Positions 40,001-51,800 of a DNA stretch of 64,000 bases are shown here, piece by piece. The stretch is taken from positions 64,001-128,000 of the forward strand of contig JBBQZX010000009.1 of the NCBI GenBank assembly GCA_038207335.1, written 5' to 3'. This DNA is from Chthoniobacterales bacterium. GTDB taxonomy: Bacteria; Verrucomicrobiota; Verrucomicrobiia; Chthoniobacterales; Chthoniobacteraceae. A program made the position numbers and the translations under genes. Position 1 is the stretch's first letter; each line of letters opens with the position of its first letter. The notes beneath the pieces are model-generated. The model made no database searches, was not told the origin of the DNA, and saw only the letters and a program-made list of their open reading frames with translations.

Positions 40001-43000
40001 TCTCGCTGAGCGAGTAGGTGCCCGCGAGCAGGCCGGTGAACTGATACGTCCCATCGCCCGCAGTCGTTGTGCTGAGGCTGATCGCCACGCCATTCGCATC
40101 CGTGCCGGTGAGTGTGATCATCACGCCGCCGATGCCCGCGTCCGGCGCGGTGAGCGTGTTGGAATTATCCACGTCCCGATAAACTGTCCCCGCCAGTGAG
40201 CTCGTCGTCTCGCCGAAATTCTGCCCCATCAAACCGCTCGTCGGCACGTTCACCGTCAGCACATTCGCGGTGCTCGAGCCGTAGCCGTTCGGTTGCGTCT
40301 CGGTGATCGTGAACTGACCAGCGTCGATGTTGTTGAACACGTAGCTGCCGTCTGGGTTCGTCGTCGTCATCCCGACGACGTTGCCGTTCACATCGCGCAG
40401 CGTGAGTGAGACGCCGCCGATTCCCGGCTCGCCGTTGTCGAGCGTCGCGGAGTTATCGCGATCGATGAATACCGTGCCGGAAAGCGACGGGAGCAGTTCG
40501 CCGAAGTTGTAGCCCGTCGCGTCGATGCCGCCGTTCAGTGCGATGTTCGAAAGCACGTCGTTGCCCGCCGTGCCGCCGCTCGTGCCGACGCTGTCGATCC
40601 CGTCCGCGCGCGTCGCAGGCTGCGTCTCGGTGATCGTGTAATTCCCCGCGAGCAGCCCGCCGAACGAATACGTGCCATCGCTCGCCGTCATTGTGCTGAG
40701 GCTGATTGGCGCGCCGGTCACGTCCGTGCCGCTGAGCATCACCGCGGCCCCGCCGATGCCCGTGTCACCGCCTTCGATGAGCCCGTTGTTATTGAAGTCG
40801 GTGAAAACCGTGCCCGCGAGGCTGCCCAGCGTTTCGCCGAAGTTCTGATTCGCAGTCGTCTGGTTCGCGGCGACCGCCACGCCGGTGATGAGATTCGGCG
40901 TGTCCGAGCCGTAGCCGAGCGGCTGCGTCTCGCGCAGTTGATAAGTCCCCGGCGGGAGATCCTGGAACGAATACGAGCCGTCCGGCGCGGTGTTCGTCGT
41001 CGCGAGGAAATTGCCGTTCGCATCGAGCAGGTCGATTCTCACGCCGCCGAGACCGGGCTCATTCGGGTCGATGGTCGTGTTCTTGTTTCTGTCCACGAAG
41101 ACCACCCCGGTGATCACACCGAGCGTCGGAGTCGCCCCGGAGACCTCACCGAAATTGTATCCGGTCGCGTCGTTGCCGACTGGCAGACCGATCGCGCTGA
41201 CGATGTCGTTTCCGAGCGTGCCGCCCGCAGTGCCCACGGCATCCAGCCCATCCGCGAAACCGCCCGGCTGCGTCTCGCGCACCGTGTAATTTCCCGCGAG
41301 CAAATCGCCGAAGACGTAGCTCCCATCGGACCCCGTGGTCGCCGTGCGATTCACGTTCGCGCCTGCCGCGTCCGTGCCGGTCAGCGTGAGCAGCACGCCG
41401 CTGATGCCCGGCTCCGCGCCATTCTGCGCGCCGCTGGTGTCCTGGTCGAAGAACACGGTACCCGCGAGACTGCCGAGCGTTTCGCCGAAATTCTGATTCA
41501 TCAATCCGCCGACCGGCACCGTGATTTGCAGCACATTCGGGCTGCTCGATCCGTAGCCCGCGGGCTGCGTCTCGACGATGCGGTAGTCGCCCGCCGGGAT
41601 GTTGGGGAATGTGTAGTTTCCAAATTCATCCGTCATCGTCGTGCCGATCATCGTCGTGCCCGTGCTGTCGAAAATCTGCACCGTGACGCCGCCAATCCCT
41701 GTGTCAGCGGGCGTTTGCAGTGTGCCGTCTCTATTCACATCGAGGAAAACGGTGCCGGAAACGCCGGACGCGATTTCACCGAACGTGTAGCCCGTGCCGT
41801 CGAAGCCCTGCGTGAGCGCGATGTTCGAGAGCACGTCGTTCCCTGCCGTGCCGCCGAGCGTGACGACCGCGTCGATGCCGTCGCTGAAGTTCGCAGGCTG
41901 CGTCTCGGTGAGCGTGTAGGTGCCGGGCCGCGGATTTGCGAAGGCGTAGCTGCCGTTGCCGCCGGTCATCGTCGTGAGCAGAACGGCTTGTCCCGCGAAG
42001 TCCGTGCCGGTGAGCGTGATCAGCACGCCACCGATTCCGGGCTCGCCGATATTCTGCGCGCCGGAGTTGTTGTCATCTCGGAAGACCACGCCCGCGAGCG
42101 AGCCGGGGAGGACTTCGCCGAAGTTGTAGCCGTCGCCCGCGACGTTCGATTGCGGCGGGATGACGACGGACGAGATCGTGTTGCTGCCGAGCGCGTCGGA
42201 CACCGTGCCGCCGAATGGCATGCCCGCCGTCTCGAGCGCGTCGATGAGCCCCGCGGGCTGCGTCTCGGTGATGAGGTAGGTGCCCGGCGGCAGGCTGGCG
42301 AAAGTGTAGCGGCCGAGCGCGTCGGTCATCTGCGTGAAGTTCACGACCAGCCCGCTGTCGGTCGTGCCGGTGAGCTGTACGGTGACGCCGGAGAGCCTCG
42401 GGTCGCCCGCCGTGAGCGTGCCGCTCGCATCCGCGTCGCGATAAATCGTGCCGCTGGTCGAGTTGATATTCACCACGATCCGGACGCTGTCCTGCGCCGG
42501 ATCGATGTCGTCTGCGGGTGCCTCGACGACGCCCGGCTGCGCGCCGTAGTCGCGATCCGGCGTGCCGTCGAGTGTCCCAGTGAGGACGCCGTTCGGCTCG
42601 TCGTTTGCCGAGCTGTCCCAGTATAGGCGGGCGTTGTTGCCGTGCGTCGTGCCGGTGTTCGCGAAAGCATTCACGACGACGGTTTGATACGTGACGGTCA
42701 CGGTGCCGCCGACCGCGAGCTGGTCGAGGTCGAGCGAAAGCGCGGAGGTCGTCGAGGCATTCGCGGTCAGCGCCGCGCCGTTCACCTGGATGCTCGTCGG
42801 GTCGAGCACGAGCCCGGCTGGGATGGTGTCGCGCACTAGCAGGTCGAACGCGGTCGCCGTGCTGCCCGGCTGATGCGTGAGCGTGAGCGTGAAGGTGAGC
42901 ACCTGGCCGATGTCCGGCGTCGCGTCATCGACCGATTTCACGAGCTGCAATTTCGGCTCCACGATCGTCACGACAGGATCGACCGGCGTGCCCGTCGTGT

Positions 43001-46000
43001 CAGGCACGATGATCAGCGTCGGCGTCCCGTCGCTCAGCGGACCGTCGGGATCAGTGAAGGTCAGGTTGGCCGAATTCGTGAGATTCGCGCCGCTCACATT
43101 CGTCGCCAAATCCGCGGCGCGCGCGGTGAGCAGGATCGAGAAGCTGTCATTCGTCGCGTCGTTGTCAGCCGCGTTCGTGAGCGTGCCGAGGGTGAAGACG
43201 AGAGTGGTGCCGGTGGCCTCGGATCCTGTGCTGGCGGGGCTTCCGAGGACAAATGGCGTGACGCCCGAGCCTGTGAAGTCGGCGGTGGCCGAGAGGAATT
43301 CCAGACCCGCCGGGAGGAAATCGGTGACGATCGTGCTGCGCGTTGTCCCCTCCGGCAGCGTGATGAGGATGCGATACATCACCGACTCGCCGATGGACAA
43401 ATTCGTGCCCGTGGTCGCCGGATCGCTCGTGCTGAGGAACTGCTTGTCGATCGTCGGCTTCGCGATGTTGCGCGCGGCGGAGGTCGCGCCGATCGCGTAA
43501 TTATTGAGCACCGCGTCGTTCAGCGGCGCTGAGTTGTCGGTAGGCGCGGGCACGTCGGTGCCGTTGCGCTCGCCGGTCGCGGAGCCGCTGCTGCCGGGCG
43601 AAGTGACGACGCTGCCCGCGCTCGTGAGCGTGGTGAGCGTCGCGCCGGAGCCGGGCAGGCTCGAGTAGCTGGCGGTTGCGGAATTCAGAATCTGCGCGCC
43701 CGCCGGGGCGTCGGCGACGACGCGGGTCGTGAGCGTGAGCGTGATGGAATAGCCCGCGTCGAGGCGGGAGAAAACGAGGTCGAGCGCGCCGAGCGTGGAG
43801 GAGTTCGTGAGCGCGGAATATCCCGGCGCGGAGACTGCGATGCCGCTGCCGATCGTCGTGTCGATGAGCTGCAGCTCGATCGTCGGATTCGCTGCCGTGA
43901 TCGCGTCGAGGATGTCGCGAAAGCGCACGTCGAACGCCGAGGTCGCGTTCGCTCCGCCCGCGTTGTTGGTCACGACGATTTGATACGTGAGCGTATCACC
44001 CGCATCGACCGGGTTCGCCGCGGTCACGGTCGTTTTCGTGATCGCGAGATTCGCCTCCGCGACGACCACCTGCGGCTGCGCCGCCAGGGTTTCGCCGACT
44101 TCGTTCGCGCTCGTCTTGCCGTTGGCATCGAGATCGTAGAGCGTCTCGAAGCCGTTCGTGAGCGTGCGTCCCGACTGGTTTGCCGTCTCGTTGACGACCC
44201 TCGTGTTGAACTCGATGACGACGAATTCGCCGTCCGCGTCGTTGGCCGCGTTCGTGACATTTCCGAGGTGAAAGTAGATGTCGCTGCCGCTCACGAAGGT
44301 CTGCGAGGCACTCGCGAGGTCGCTCGAAATCAGCGCGCCGCCGAGCTGGAAAGTCGGCGTGACATTTCCACTCGAACCCGCCGCAAAGGCCGCCGGATCG
44401 ACGATCGCGGAGGAAGAGATGCCGCCGTTTGCTCGAGACGAAGACCAGCGTCGCGCTGCCGTCGTTGATGAATTGCAGCCCGTCCGGCAGCATGTCGTGC
44501 AGCAGGAGATCGCCAAACGTGCTTTCGCCGAGTTGAAGCGTCACGCGGTAGCGCACGAGCTCGCCGACCGCGACGCGCTCGACCCCGCCGACGAGGCCGG
44601 TGAAGGTCTCCGAGGTCGCGACGATCGCCTTCGTGAGGCCGGGCGCGAAGGTCTCGCCAAAGTTGTAATTGATTCCCGTGTTATTGCCCGGCGCGACGTT
44701 CACGATGACGATGCCGCTGAGCACGTCGTTGCCCGCCGTGCCCGCGCTGTTCGGCGCGGAGAAGCCCGTCCCCACAGCATCCGCGCCGTCCGTGAAGCCG
44801 CCCGGCTGCGTCTCGGCGAGCGTGTAGCCCGCCGCGTTGCTCGGGCGCAGGCCGCCGAAAGTGTATGCGCCGGTCGGGTCGGTGAAGGTCGTGCGGCTCA
44901 CGGGATTCCCGAGGTCGTCCGTGCCGGTGAGCGTGATTTGCACGGCGTTGATTCCGGCCTCGTTCGCACCTTTTACCGCGTTGCCATCGATGTCGTTGAA
45001 GACGAATCCTGAGAGGCTCGCGGGCAGTAATTCGCCGAAAATGTAGCCGGTCGCCGCGGTGTCTTGCGGCAGCATTATCGAGTAGATGACGTCGTTGCCC
45101 GCGGTGCCCATCGCAGTGCCAGCGGTGTCGCGTCCATCGAGGTATGTCGCGGGCACGGTGCCTTCGGTGATCGTGTAATTTCCGGGGCGCAGCCCCGCGG
45201 TGGCGTTGTCGAAAATGTAGTTGCCGTTGCCGTCGGTCATCGCCGTTGCGGTGACAGACTGCCCGTAAACATCGGTGCCCGTGAGCGTGACGGTGATGCC
45301 GGAAATGCCCGGCTCGCCCGCCTCGCGCGTGCCGCTGTTGCTGTCGTCGCGATAAACCGATCCCGCGAGCGAGGCCGTGAGGACCTCGCCGAAATTGTAT
45401 CCGATGCCCGTCTGCGAGACCTGCGCGGGGATCGTAATCGTGCCGATGAGATTCGACCCGGCGGCGCCGGAAACGGTCCCGCCGAAATTTGTCCCCACGG
45501 TCTCAAGCGCGTCGGTGTAGTCAGCCGGCTGCGTTTCGCTGAGCGTGTAATTTCCCGACGGCAGATTGCCGAAGCTGTAGCTGCCATCGTCCGCCGTCAT
45601 CGTGCTGAGGCTGATCGGCAGCCCGCTGAGGCTCGTGCCGCTGAGGAAAATCGGGACGCCGGTCAGCGGCACATCGCCCATGGAAAGCACGCCATTCACA
45701 TCCACGTCCTGATAGACGAAGCCGCTGATCGTGCTCGCATTCACGGTCACGCGGACAGTGTCCTGTGCCGGATCGCTATCCACATTTGCCCCCTCGATTA
45801 CGCCGGGCTGTGCGCCGTAATCGCGATCCGGCGTGCCATCGGGAGTGCCCGTCAGCACGGAGTTCGCATCGTCCACCGCGAGGCTGTCCCAATAGAGACG
45901 AGCGTTCTTGTCAAAGGTCGCGCCGGGAGTCGCGAGCGTGTTCGCGACGGTCGCCTGATACGTGATCGTGGCAGTGCCGCCGACGGCGAGTTGGTCGAGC

Positions 46001-47445
46001 GTGAGGTCGAGCTGATTGCCCGCGCTCGCATTCGAGGTGATGCCGGCACCCGTCACGGTGATGGACGAGGGATCGAGAGTGAGCCCGGCGGGGACGAGGT
46101 CGCGGAGGATGAGGTCGTAGGCGGTCGAGTTGCTGCCCGCCGCGTGCGTGATCGTGAGGGTGTAGGTCAGCGTCTGTCCGAGGTCCGGTGTGTCGTCGCT
46201 CACGCCTTTCACGATCTGCAAAAGCGGCTCGACGACGGTGACGGTCTCGGTGTCCTGCCGCGTGATCGGGCCGGTGCCGGGGTCGTAGCTGGCGTTCGCG
46301 ACATTCGTCTTGATGGACTGCGCGGCGGTGCCGAATGCGTTGTTCGCCGCAGTGTCGAGCACGTCCGCCTGATAGGGACGGTGATCGTATTCGCCACGCC
46401 ATCGACCGCGCTCATGACGTTCGCGATGCTCAGCGAGATCGAGTTCGCGGCGTTGGTGAAATTTGCGCCATTGATCGTAACTCCCGCGCCCGGTGTGAGG
46501 ACGACGGAGCCGGCGACGAGCTGCAGCCCGGCAGGGATGGCGTCGGTTAGCGCGAGATTCTGGATCGTGCCGTCGGCGACATTCAGCGTGAGCGTGTAGC
46601 TGAGCCGCTCGCCGATTTGCGCGAAGCTGTCGCCGACGATCGCCTTATCCAGCGCGAAGGTGGCCGCGCCGCTGTCCACGGTGCGCGTGGTGGTGTCTCG
46701 GAGTTCGTAGTCGTTGAGCCCGCCGGCATTGAGCAGGCTGTCGCCATTCGCGCGCTCGTTTGCGCTCGCGCCGGGGAGGCTCTACCAGACGACATCGGCG
46801 AGATTCGTGAGCTGCGAGCCGAGCACCGTGGCGCTCGTGACCGTCGCGGTGTAGGTGACGGTGACGCTGTCGCCGACGGGAATGTCGTAGGTGCCGCGCA
46901 GCCCCGTGCCGCCGCCGGTGACCGCCGCCCCGCTCTGCGCGGTCGCGCCGCCCGTGAGCGTGGTGCCGGTGATCGCGGTGATTTGCAGGCCAGTCGGCGC
47001 GGTATCCGTGAGCAGGGAATCGAACGCCGTGCTGCCGCTGCCGGCCGCGTGGGCGGAGGCCGGTCGGGAGATTCTCAAGCAGCTGAAAATCGGCGAGCGA
47101 ACCCTGCGGGACGGTGACGACGAGGCGAAAGCGCGCGACTTCGCCGATCACGAGATTTGCGCCGTTTGTGGCGCTCACGGTGGTGCTGACGAGGCTCTTC
47201 GTGAGCTGCGCAGTGAAGCGTTCGCCGAGGTTGTTCGCAGTGCCGTTCGTGTTCGGCACGACGACGATATTGCTGAAAACATCATTGCCCGTCGTGCCGC
47301 CCTGCGTGCCGATCGTGTCGATGCCGGGGAGCAGGTTGTTGAAGGCGTAGGTGCCGTTGCCGAGTGTATTCTGCGTGAGCGTGACCGTCGCGCCGGTGAA
47401 GTCCGTGCCAGTCAGCGTGATGAGCGCGCCGGCGACTGGAAGCGG
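37083..47445 (-). pseudogene. Giant repetitive surface adhesin (SdrD B-like plus DUF11/isopeptide fimbrial D2-like domains); 5' part truncated and disrupted, 3' ~7.3 kb intact
   Basis: Repeated SLAGTVF.D.NN.G....EPGIGGV..TLTGTD...Y.F..L..G.Y.I.ETQP..NFGE. Lesions at ~44429 (+1), ~46376 (-1), in-frame TAG at 46782-46784, and domain-skipping junctions at ~47056 and ~47324. No start codon or signal peptide upstream of 47445. Confidence 0.82.
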
Positions 47446-47714
47446 CTACGGCGGGCATGCCGTTCGCATCACGTTTGAGAGTGCAACGCGGTCGCTACGC
47501 GGAGCACGCGACGGCCGTCCAGGCTAACGCTGTCGATCTGGACAGAAAAAACGGGTTGCCCGGAGGCGGCGGACCAAGTGCCTCCCCCCACCAATTCGCC
47601 ACTTGAAAAAGACGCGTGGGCGCTTAAAAAATAGCAGAAATGAGAAATTGACGGTTTGGCATTCGGGCTGCTGGTGCGGGCGGAAGTATTTTCGGTTCAA
47701 CCCCTTGCCCACCC

Positions 47715-48800
47715 ATGCACATCCTTGCCCAACCGCTTGTCCACGCCCTCACCGCCACCCTTTTCACCAGCGCCTGCTTGGCCGGGGTAGGCTCGAATCC
47801 CGCGATGGAAAGAGCTCCGGTCCGGGCCACCTGGCTGAACCAGCCGATCGGGGTGACGCTCGAGGCTCGCACGGTCGAGCACGACGCCGCTTTCGGGATG
47901 CACATCGTGCGGCCGATCTTCCAAGGGCGGGTGTCTGCGGTGCTGCTCGAGGCGTATGGCTTCGAGGGTGAAGGGGAGCTCGGGCTGGTCGGCGGCGGCG
48001 CGATTTACCGCACGGACATCGGTCGCCGGAGTGGCTTCGAGGCGAGCGCGTTTTTTGAGGGATTGCGGAGCACGGACGGGTTTTCGTATCCGCAGTTTGG
48101 CGCGGGTCTGGTCTTCAGCATGGATCGCTGGCTCCGGCTAAGCGCGAATGGCTATCTGCCGCTGCGGGGCAAGGATCGGGTGCGCGACGGCTCGGATCGT
48201 TTTACCGAGACGGAGGGGAGTGGAGCCGGGCTGCGCGACGTGTCCTACTCGCGCGATCGGTTCTCGGAGCGGGCGCCGATGCGCGGCTTCGATGTGGAGG
48301 CGGAATTTCGCCTGTCGCATCCGCCGCGTTGGGTGGATCCGCGGCTGGCGATCGGCTACGCGTATCGCGAGGCGGAGGATCGGCCGGAGGTTTACGCCGG
48401 GCCGCTGGTGCGCGGGGAGCTGCATTTTGGGAAACACTGGGTCGCTGAGAGCGAATGGCGGCACGACATGCACGGCGCGGATCAGGAATGGCGCGTCGGC
48501 ATCCGGTTCGAGACGCTCTTCGGCGGGCCGAAGCCGCGCGTAGAACGCCCGGCGGTGGCGTCCAACGGGAAAAATGCGGTGCCGCTCGAGGACGCGGCGG
48601 AGCCGGCGGACGACCGGGCCAGCGAACGTTATCTGCCGGTGCAGCGCTTTCCGTGGCCGACGCTGGCGCGCGGCGTGACCCGGGGAAAACCGCGGCGCGG
48701 CGACACGCGTCTGCTCGCGCCGGCACCTGCGTCCGCGCCCGCCCCGGCAGACCCCGGTGACTGCTGCCCGAGCGGCAACGCGCCTCTCATTTTCGACTGA
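47715..48800 (+). CDS. Putative inverse autotransporter (intimin/invasin-like) beta-barrel domain protein
   Basis: GGGAIYR, QFGAGL, LSANGYLPL, MRGFDVEAEF and WRVGIRF amphipathic strands; no passenger domain. Confidence 0.6.
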   Translation: MHILAQPLVHALTATLFTSACLAGVGSNPAMERAPVRATWLNQPIGVTLEARTVEHDAAFGMHIVRPIFQGRVSAVLLEAYGFEGEGELGLVGGGAIYRTDIGRRSGFEASAFFEGLRSTDGFSYPQFGAGLVFSMDRWLRLSANGYLPLRGKDRVRDGSDRFTETEGSGAGLRDVSYSRDRFSERAPMRGFDVEAEFRLSHPPRWVDPRLAIGYAYREAEDRPEVYAGPLVRGELHFGKHWVAESEWRHDMHGADQEWRVGIRFETLFGGPKPRVERPAVASNGKNAVPLEDAAEPADDRASERYLPVQRFPWPTLARGVTRGKPRRGDTRLLAPAPASAPAPADPGDCCPSGNAPLIFD

Positions 48801-48845
48801 GCCGCTCCCGGCCAGATCGGACCAACCTTCTTCACCTCTCCATTT

Positions 48846-51800
48846 ATGCTCGTTTCTTTCACCTCCATCCTTTCTCGCAAATGGCTGCTGCTAGCAGCCG
48901 GCGCGCTCCTCACGACCGCCTCGGCGCACGCGGGATCCGCGGCTCCCGCGCGGAGTGAAACTGATTTCGCGCAACCGGAGAAACTCACCGAAAAGCAGCG
49001 CGCTGCGATCCATTCGGTCGTGCGCGATTCGACGGAGCAGATTTGGTTTCAGGAGAACGTCGGGCAGTTTCCGAAAGAGGCGCGTTACGGGTTCAAGACG
49101 ACGTTTGGCTCGATGCTCATCTTTGAGAATCACCTTCGCATCGTCGCGAATCAGCGGGACGCAGCGACCGGCGTGGTCGGCGTGCAGGCGGTCGATCTTG
49201 CCTTTCCCGGCGGCACGGGAGCGTGGGAGATCGTGACGGGCGGCGCGTCCGCGGTGACCGGTTCATATCAGCAAAAGGACGGCACGACGCTGACGCCGCG
49301 CATTTTCAACGAGCTCACCATCCGCAACATTTACGACGGCGTGGACCTCCGCGTTTACTCCGCGGACAAGGGCGTGCTCGAATTCGACTGGATCGTGGCG
49401 AAGGCGCAGGACTACGCGCAAATCCGCCTCGCGGCGACGGGGCAGGACGGGATGATTTTCAACGCCGACGGCTCGGCGACGCTCGGCCTGCGTTTTCAAG
49501 ATCTCACGCTGAACATGCCGGCGACGTATCAGGTGATCGACGGCGAAAAGCACGCGCTCCACGGCGCGATGGTCGCCGCGGAAACGCCCGGCACGATGCG
49601 CTACGCGATCTCCGGCGACCTCGTCGCGGACCAGCCGCTGATTATCGATCCGAACGTCGTCTGGTCCACCTACATCGACCTGAACGATCTCGCGACGGAC
49701 ACCACCGACTCGACGCCCAGCGCGCCGTTCGATTCCTACATTTTCGCGGTCAACGCCAACGCCAACGGCACCTACGCGTCGGGCTGGATCGGCGAGATCA
49801 TCACGAATGGCTCATACGCCAATTACATGGAGGTGAACGCCGGCTTCGTGCAGGGCACGGTGGTCAACCAGACGTATCTTTACCGTCTTTCGAACGACGG
49901 CTTGAACATCACTGCCTGGACGAGCACGGGGGTGACGTCGCCCACTGGCGGCGTGACGAATCAAAAGCTTGGCGCGGTGCCGGCAGACTTGGAGTTGTTC
50001 CCGGACGGGCGCGTGATCCTCGGCTTTGGCAACGGGCTCGTGCAGATTTATTCGGCAAATCTCGGAGCGCGGGGCTACTCGGGTACTCCGGTGACGATGG
50101 ACACGCTGAACTCGGTCGCGGTCGTGAATAACAACTCGTTTTACGTCGGTGGACGGGTCGCGGCGGCGATCCCGATCGCCCAAATCCCGGTGGCGAACGT
50201 CGGCCCGGACGCGACTTTCGCCGGCACGCTGGAGGGCGTGATCATCCGCTACTCGAACGCGGCGACGACCCCGACGCCGGATTGGGCAACCTACGTCGGC
50301 GGCGACGCGCAGGAATATTTCACCGCGGTGTCGATGACGCCCGATCTCTCGAAAGTGGTCTTTGCCACGAGCACCACGGGCGGCGCGAATTTTCCCGCGT
50401 TGGTGAACGCGGTCGATTCCACGATCTCCGGCACGGAGCTGCTCGTCGGAGTGCTGGCGGAGTCGGCGACGAAGCCGGCGGCGTTCAGTGTCTTCTCTTT
50501 TCTCGGCGGCACCGGCGACGAAGGGACGGTCGCCACGAACACGATGGCGGCATTGGTCACGGCCACAAACACCGATTTTTTCGTCGGAGGCACCACGGCT
50601 TCCACCGATCTGCCCGGCACGGTCGGCGGGGCGCAGCCGGCGAATGGCGGCGGCGTGTTTGATGCGTTCGCCTCGCGCATCCCGCTGAATGGCAGCGCGG
50701 GAGTCGGCTTCCAAAGCACCTACATGGGCGGCGCGGGCCAAGATCGCATCGGCGGCATCGCCTATGACGTCCGAGCGGACCGGCTGCTGATTTTCGGCAC
50801 GACGACGGGGACCTTTCCGACGGTCGATACTGTTCCGCCGAGTAACTATTACGCCAGCGCGTTCGGCGGCGGCACTTACGACATCTTCGTGGCAACGGTG
50901 AACGGCGCGCTGACGCTGAAGGATTACGCCACCTACATCGGCGGCAGCGTGAACGATTACCTCGGCCAAACGGGCAATCTCGTCGGGCAGGGTCACGTGG
51001 TTTACAGTCAGGCGACCGGGCTCACTTATCTCGCGACGACGGTGCATTCGGCGGATCTCCCAGCGAGCGCGATCGGCACGCCGCCCGGCAAGGACCGCGT
51101 GAAATCCAACGGCGTGAATGACACGCATTTCGTCATCGCCTTCAACATCAACTCCTTCGACTACGGCGACGCACCGGCGACGTATGAGGGCGGCTCGCCC
51201 GCGCGGGAAGCGCTCACGGCCACCCTGCGCATCGGCGCGACGATCGATGCTGAAGCCACGGCGGCGAGTGGCGTCGGCGCGACCGGCGACGACCTGCTCA
51301 CCTCCGACGACGAGGACGGCATTGCGGCGCTCCCGACGCTGCTGACCACGCAGACGAGCCATTCGGTGGCTGTCTCGGTCTTCAACAACACGGGCGTCGC
51401 GCGGACTTTGCGCGGCTGGATCGACTTCAATTTGAACGGCACCTTCGAGGCTGGCGAATCCGCTAGTGTGAGCGTGCCGGCGAGTGCGGTGCAGCAGACA
51501 GTGACGCTGACGTGGGCGACCCTGCCTGGAATCACCGCGGGACAGAGCTATCTGCGGGTGCGGCTTTCCGACACCGCGCTGGTCGATAACGCCGGGACGG
51601 CGAACATCGACGAGCGCTCCATCGGCACGGGCGGTTCGGGTGAGTTGGAAGATTACGCGCTCACGATCGCACCGCTGACGCTGGCGGTAAGCAACGTCTC
51701 AACGACCGAAGGCGTCGATCCGTTCGCGATTTTCAATGTGACGCTTTCGCAGCCATCGCCCTCGGCGGTCACGGTTTCGCTGGCGCTGGCCAATGGGACT

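Noticed and set aside
44428..44430. Phase-variable slippage site
   Set aside because: The run is only 3 nt, too short for a contingency tract.
46782..46784. In-frame TAG as programmed readthrough or pyrrolysine
   Set aside because: It is surrounded by other frameshifts and deletions, TAG is a normal stop elsewhere (trmD, dnaJ), and no pyl genes are present.
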